Below, in pieces: positions 18,588-23,583 of a stretch of 23,583 nucleotides of DNA. The stretch lies in assembly GCA_048213135.1 (NCBI GenBank), contig PS015202.1:149795-173377 (forward strand), written 5' to 3'. Origin of the DNA: Reclinomonas americana ATCC 50394 (taxonomy: Eukaryota). The number at the start of each line of letters is the position of its first letter. Position 1 is the stretch's first letter. The notes under the pieces were generated by a model that saw nothing but the letters and a program-made list of their open reading frames with translations, was not told the DNA's origin and did not search any database. A program made the translations under genes and the position numbers.

Positions 18588-19990
18588 TCACGACGACGAT
18601 CGACTGCCGCTGTCCAAGCGTCGCAGCACTTCTATGATGTCGGCCAGACGCTGCGCGTCGCTGACCAGTGGGCCGGTGACCACATCGCACGTGACGGAGC
18701 ACGACACTTGGCCGGTGGCCGTGTTCAGCGAGAGGCGCAGGGGTGAGTGCATACGGGCGTAGGCCTCGTGTTCCCCATCCACCGCCAGGTAACTGCACAT
18801 GTGCATGTCGAGCGGGGTCACCATGGTGCGCACCTCGGCGCGACTCTTTCCCGGCTGTGGCAAGAAATATGCACAATAATGAGGACACAACTCCCAGAGT
18901 CCGCGTTTTTTTTACATCGCTCTCACCTTTTCACGCGTCTGGTGCATCAGGGCAAATCGCTCATCTTGCAGCCGAATGACCGCGCGACTGCGATCGCCCG
19001 GAGTGCGAATGGCAGACAGACGAGCCAACTGCAACAAACGGTGACATTGAGAAACATGAGAAAAAAGGAGTGAGACGGAAAGTGGCAAGTAGAGATCTGA
19101 CCTCGCGCACGACATTCTCCTCTCGAGGGGTCGGCAGCGGAGTATGACCGCCAATCAGCGTGACCAGATCACCCTGCGAGCACCACGTGACACTGCATGC
19201 ATGCACGCGGCATGAGCACACACTTGTCTCGGACAAACTGCTGGACACAGACACACACACACACACCGTGACGACAGGCCGCCTATGGCTTTGACTTGCA
19301 CTGGCTCACCGCCGTTGCTGCTGTCACTAGTGGTGCTGGCCAATCGCTTGGCATCAAACACGTGCTTGACAAGGCGCTGCGCCAAGACGTCGGGGACATC
19401 GAATTTGATTTTCTACACGACAAGTCGCAAGAGTCAGCATGCACCAACGAGGCAGGAGCGTAGGCGAGGGGGGAGGGGATGGGACGAACCTCCTTTGTGG
19501 ACAGAGAACCGCTGAGTGCCAGGCTCGTCACCGGCGCTCGTCGTCTGCCATCAGCTGCAGTCAGCGACACTGACTGACCCAACTCCACGCTCTCTCCGCC
19601 CGTTGACACACACACGCACCTTATGCACTTGCCGAGGGAGATGAACGCCTCGCGCACCTCATCCACTGTCAAGTCCACATTGATCGACGACACTGTCTTG
19701 CTGGCCTTGGTCGGCTTGCTCTCCGCCGCCGCGGCCTTGCGTTCCTTGGGACCGGAATTCGTCACCGCAACTGCCTTCTTCTTCTTCTTCGCCACCTGCT
19801 TGTCCTTGGGCGACACCGAGGAGCGCACCACATTCTTCTTCTTCTTCTGAGGTGCGTCGAAAGGAGAGTTCTCTGCGGAGGCGACAACGAGAGGTGCGCT
19901 CTCCTCCTCGTCAGAGGGCTGGTCGAGAGAGACCTTGGAGGCAATCGCATGGCGACGGGCTTCTTGACGGGCGAGGCGCTTGAGAACCAT
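18588..19990 (-). CDS. Hypothetical protein with Lys-rich (NLS-like) N-terminus and unrecognised globular C-terminus. Exons 19990-19620, 19544-19490, 19412-19310, 19240-19224, 19173-19102, 19028-18927, 18854-18588
   Basis: A continuous frame is obtained with six GT-AG introns of 50-77 nt, including a 17-nt microexon; PQKKKK and AKKKKK clusters; codon usage like neighbouring genes. Confidence 0.7.
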
Positions 19991-20918
19991 GGTGTGTGTG
20001 TGTCAGTGCGTGCGTGAAAGTGCAGGGGGGAAATTGTGATGGCAAACCCCTCTGACGTCATGGATTGGGCGGGAGTCGTGATGCCGGAAAATTTACACGG
20101 CCACGCGTTGTGCTGTCAGTGACGATGGCGTGGTGAAGCAGAGGATTTACGGCGGCATTCGCAGGTGATCTGATCTGCTGGCGACGCACATGCTGTATCT
20201 GTGCAAAGTGTAAATATTCGAACACCAATTTGCAAAGCTGTATTCGTGTGATGCATGCAGGCGTTCGGAGTGGTTCGTACTGCGTGTGGAGCTGGCCACC
20301 GACGCCGCATCCTTGGTAACCATCGCTGGACGGGCAAGTGGTTTTCTGAATGCACAAGCGTTGGTTTCCTCTCGCAAAAACTCCAGCATTCGAGTGTTCG
20401 ATTGCAAGGTCTGGCCGTGAGTGCGCGACCCTGACGTGTGAGGAGAATCCTGTACTGCAAGTATAGGGAGTGTTGGTCGTCACCGATAGCAAGACGGCGC
20501 CGTGGGTGGGAATCACCGCGCAATTAATATTTGCCGCAAACGATGTACGAGCTCTGTCGACTTCTCTAGCGCACCTCTCTCCGTCTTGACCGACCGCACG
20601 CACCACTCTCCTTATTGCCTGTCTCGGCGTGTGCAGTTTGTCGTTGCACCATCATGTTCACATGCACCCGCCTTTGTTCGAAAGAGCGCACGGACTTGAC
20701 AGATTCGTGCATCACGCCTCCGCTGCACACTCACACACGCACAATCATGCTCCTCTCCTGCGCCCACCTCCTCTCTCACACACACACAGATCGCACAACA
20801 CAAGAACCTCACACACGCGCGCGTTTGTGTGTCGTTTGCCAAGAAAGGTAATGATCAGGGATTGTTCCGATCGGTCGGACTGACTCTCTACGCAAAACAA
20901 CAACGCAATCCAAGCGCC

Positions 20919-23283
20919 ATGAGTGACGCGTCCCCGACACGCGGCTCGCCTTCTCCAGGCAAGCGCCTGGTGAAACGCAAGAAGCTCGTGCGGCGTCGCG
21001 TCTCCGGCGCCACCGACGACTCACAGTCACCTCCGCCTCCTCCCACAACAACAACATCAGCCACAGACGACACCACCAGTGGCGCACGCAAGCTGCAACG
21101 CACTCGTCCTCCATCGCTGCAGCAACCATCGTCAGAGCCGCGCGTGCAAGTCTCGTTGCAAGGCGTGGTGCGTCAAAGTGTGGTGTGTGTGATTGGCCAT
21201 GAGCTTCGGACGCGCGCTCACTCTCTCTCTCTCATAGGTCTCCACTCCCGGTGGCTCTCTGATCAAGAGCTCTGCGCGCGATGAGACGCTCCCGTACAAG
21301 CGCACCTCGCTGGCTGCGCTCACGCCCTCCATCTATGGCTCACAGTCGTCGTCGTCATCACGCGCTGCTGGCAAGTCGGCTTCTTCCTCTGCTGCTGCTG
21401 CTGCGTCGTCTGCGGATGAGGATGAGGGTGCGCGTGCTCGCGGCGGCGCGCGGAAGCAGCGTGGTAGCGGTGATGGTGGTGGATCGAGTGGAGGTGGTGC
21501 GGGTGGAAGCAGCTGGGAGAGCAGTGGTGATGATACGCTGAATGACATTGGTGCGGATGCGTGTGTGTGCGTGTGTGTGTGTGTGGGGGGGCTGATTGTC
21601 TGTTTGTGTGGGGTCTTGATCTTTCATTCTCGTTCTCTCCGTCGTCTGTCTTCACTCATTCACACTCGCGCTCTTTGTGCCGTTCTCTCTTCCTTGCGCT
21701 CACTGTCCCTCTTTCTTCGTGTGTTCTTGGTGACGAGTACGAGATTTAGGCGTCGGATAAGTCGTCACCTGAGTCCGACATAGTCGTTGAATGAGTCTCG
21801 TTCTTTTCTCTCACTCACACTCGCGCTCTCCAACTCTTCCCTGTCTCTCCCTTGTTCTCTCTCGTCCTCTCTTCACGTGTTCTTGGCGACGATTTTGTAG
21901 TTTAGTCGTCGGATAAGTCGTCGGCAGAGTCCGACATATATAGTCGTTGAATGGGTCTCGCATTCTTTTCCCACTCACACGCATGCTCTCCTACTCTTCC
22001 CTGTCTCTCCCTTGCTCTCCCTCTCCCTCTCTCTTCATGTGTTCTTGGCGACGAGTATGTGATTTCGGCAGTCCGACATAGTTTGACTGAGTGCCTCTGT
22101 TCTTCTCTCTTCTCTTTCTCTTCCCCACTCTCTCACCATCTCTCTCCTTTGCGCACAGCCAACGAGATTGTGGACGCGGCGCTCGTGCAAGGATGGGATC
22201 CGACATCGGCGTCCAAGGATCGCCCGTTTGATTTGGTGTCGGCCGAGGGATTGCTGTCGTTGTGCCATCGTGTGGAGCGCCTGTTGGCGCGCGAGCCCAC
22301 GGTGGTGGAGCTGCCGGTGCCGTGCAAGGTACGAGTGTCCCCTTGGGCCACACGCGTGATTGCTCTCTAATGCTCACTCTTGCTGGTGTGTGCGTAGATC
22401 TTTGGCGACGTGCACGGGCAGATTGTGGACCTCCTCGACCTCTTCGCGACGTTTGGCCGGCCCAACACCATGAATGGCGACATGGGCTTTGTCAACTACC
22501 TCTTCCTCGGCAACTACGTTGGCCGCGGCTGCTACTCGCTGGAGGTCATTACGCTGCTGCTGGCCATCAAGGCGTTGCATCCGCACAAGGTGTGCCTGCT
22601 GCGCGGCGCACACGAGGACGCACACGTCAACGAGGTAACTTTTTCAACTNNNNNNNNNNNNNNNNNNNNNNNNNNNNNNNNNNNNNNNNNNNNNNNNNNN
22701 NNNNNNNNNNNNNNNNNNNNNNNNNNNNNNNNNNNNNNNNNNNNNNNNNNNNNNNNNNNNNNNNNNNNNNNNNNNNNNNNNNNNNNNNNNNNNNNNNNNN
22801 NNNNNNNNNNNNNNNNNNNNNNNNNNNNNNNNNNNNNNNNNNNNNNNNNNNNNNNNNNNNNNNNNNNNNNNNNNNNNNNNNNNNNNNNNNNNNNNNNNNN
22901 NNNNNNNNNNNNNNNNNNNNNNNNNNNNNNNNNNNNNNNNNNNNNNNNNNNNNNNNNNNNNNNNNNCGTTCCCTGCATGTGTGTGCTGCTCACTCTCTCA
23001 CTCACTGCTGTGTAGGAGGATGGCTTCTTGGGCGAGTGCACCACGCGCCTCGGTGCCGACAAGGGTCGTGCCGTGTGGGAGCGTCTCAACGAGTTGTTCG
23101 AGTGGTTCCCGCTCGGCTGCCGGGTGGCCGACGAGATCTTTGCGGTGCATGCCGGCATTGGCCGCTCCATCACCGACACGCAACAGCTGGCGGCCATCAA
23201 GAAGCCGATTCGTGCTCCCAACGGACCAATCATGAACGACACGGAGCGCGTCGTGTTTGACGCGCTGTGGAGCGATCCAACTG
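20919..23283 (+). CDS. PPP-family Ser/Thr phosphatase-like protein, PPKL/BSU1-type catalytic domain with degenerate active-site motifs; 3'-partial. Exons 20919-21167, 21238-21550, 22159-22328, 22398-22634, 23016-23283
   Basis: EPTVVELPVPCKIFGDVHGQ..LFATFGRP...GDM..VNYLFLGNYVGRG.YSLEVI.LLLAIK..LLRGAHE..GF..EC..RLG..VWERLNELFEWFPL..VHAGIGRSI..DALWSDPT. Confidence 0.9.
21648..22103. repeat. Three diverged ~140-160 bp tandem units inside a 608-nt intron
   Basis: Units at about 21648-21803, 21804-21965 and 21966-22103 share TCACAC..CTCT, GTGTTCTTGGYGACGA and AGTCCGACATA; units 1 and 2 also share GTCGGATAAGTCGTC and TAGTCGTTGAATG.GTCTCG. Confidence 0.9.
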
Positions 23284-23374
23284 GTGCGTGTGTTTCTCAA
23301 TCACTTTATCTGTGTGGAGACGTGTCGCATGCCGTTGTCGCTGCGTGCCTGTCACTGTTTCTTCACTCGTCTTT

Positions 23375-23583
<209 letters not shown>

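Noticed and set aside
20058-20606. 182-aa minus-strand ORF and overlapping ORFs in the intergenic region
   Set aside because: No recognisable motif, non-coding-like composition, and no convincing splice model on either strand.
21729-21790. Hammerhead, twister or C/D snoRNA reading of the intronic repeat (GTGACGA..GAGA, TAA..AGAG, CTGA)
   Set aside because: Core nucleotides mismatch and are not preserved between units.
15487-22103. CRISPR array or telomeric-repeat interpretation of the repeats
   Set aside because: Eukaryotic context, no constant repeat with unique spacers, no cas genes, no long perfect tandem run.

Overview
A gene-dense, intron-rich (mostly 50-110 nt introns) segment of a GC-rich unicellular eukaryote draft assembly with six N-gaps. 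Manually spliced genes are EXO1 (-, 3' end outside the window), RPS2/uS5 (+, 5' part in a gap, with an intronic snR39B/SNORD2-like box C/D snoRNA), MsrB (+), an LRR protein N-terminus probably continuous with a long low-complexity C-terminus carrying WH2-like, poly-Pro and terminal acidic-Trp motifs (+), mitochondrial-type Lon protease (+), a MAPEG protein (-), an atypical extended-SDR epimerase/dehydratase (+), a hypothetical Lys-rich protein (-) and a PPKL/BSU1-like PPP phosphatase with degenerate catalytic motifs (+, runs out of the window). The most striking signal is in the splice sites. Of 51 donors I could place, 9 form a distinct GTT(G/A/T)(C/A)G class, i.e. the usual GTGCGT/GTGAGT consensus displaced by one nucleotide. 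This class occurs almost only where exon position -1 is not G, suggesting routine shifted or bulged U1 recognition, or a variant spliceosomal component. All exon boundaries are inferred from reading frame and remembered family motifs, not from transcripts.
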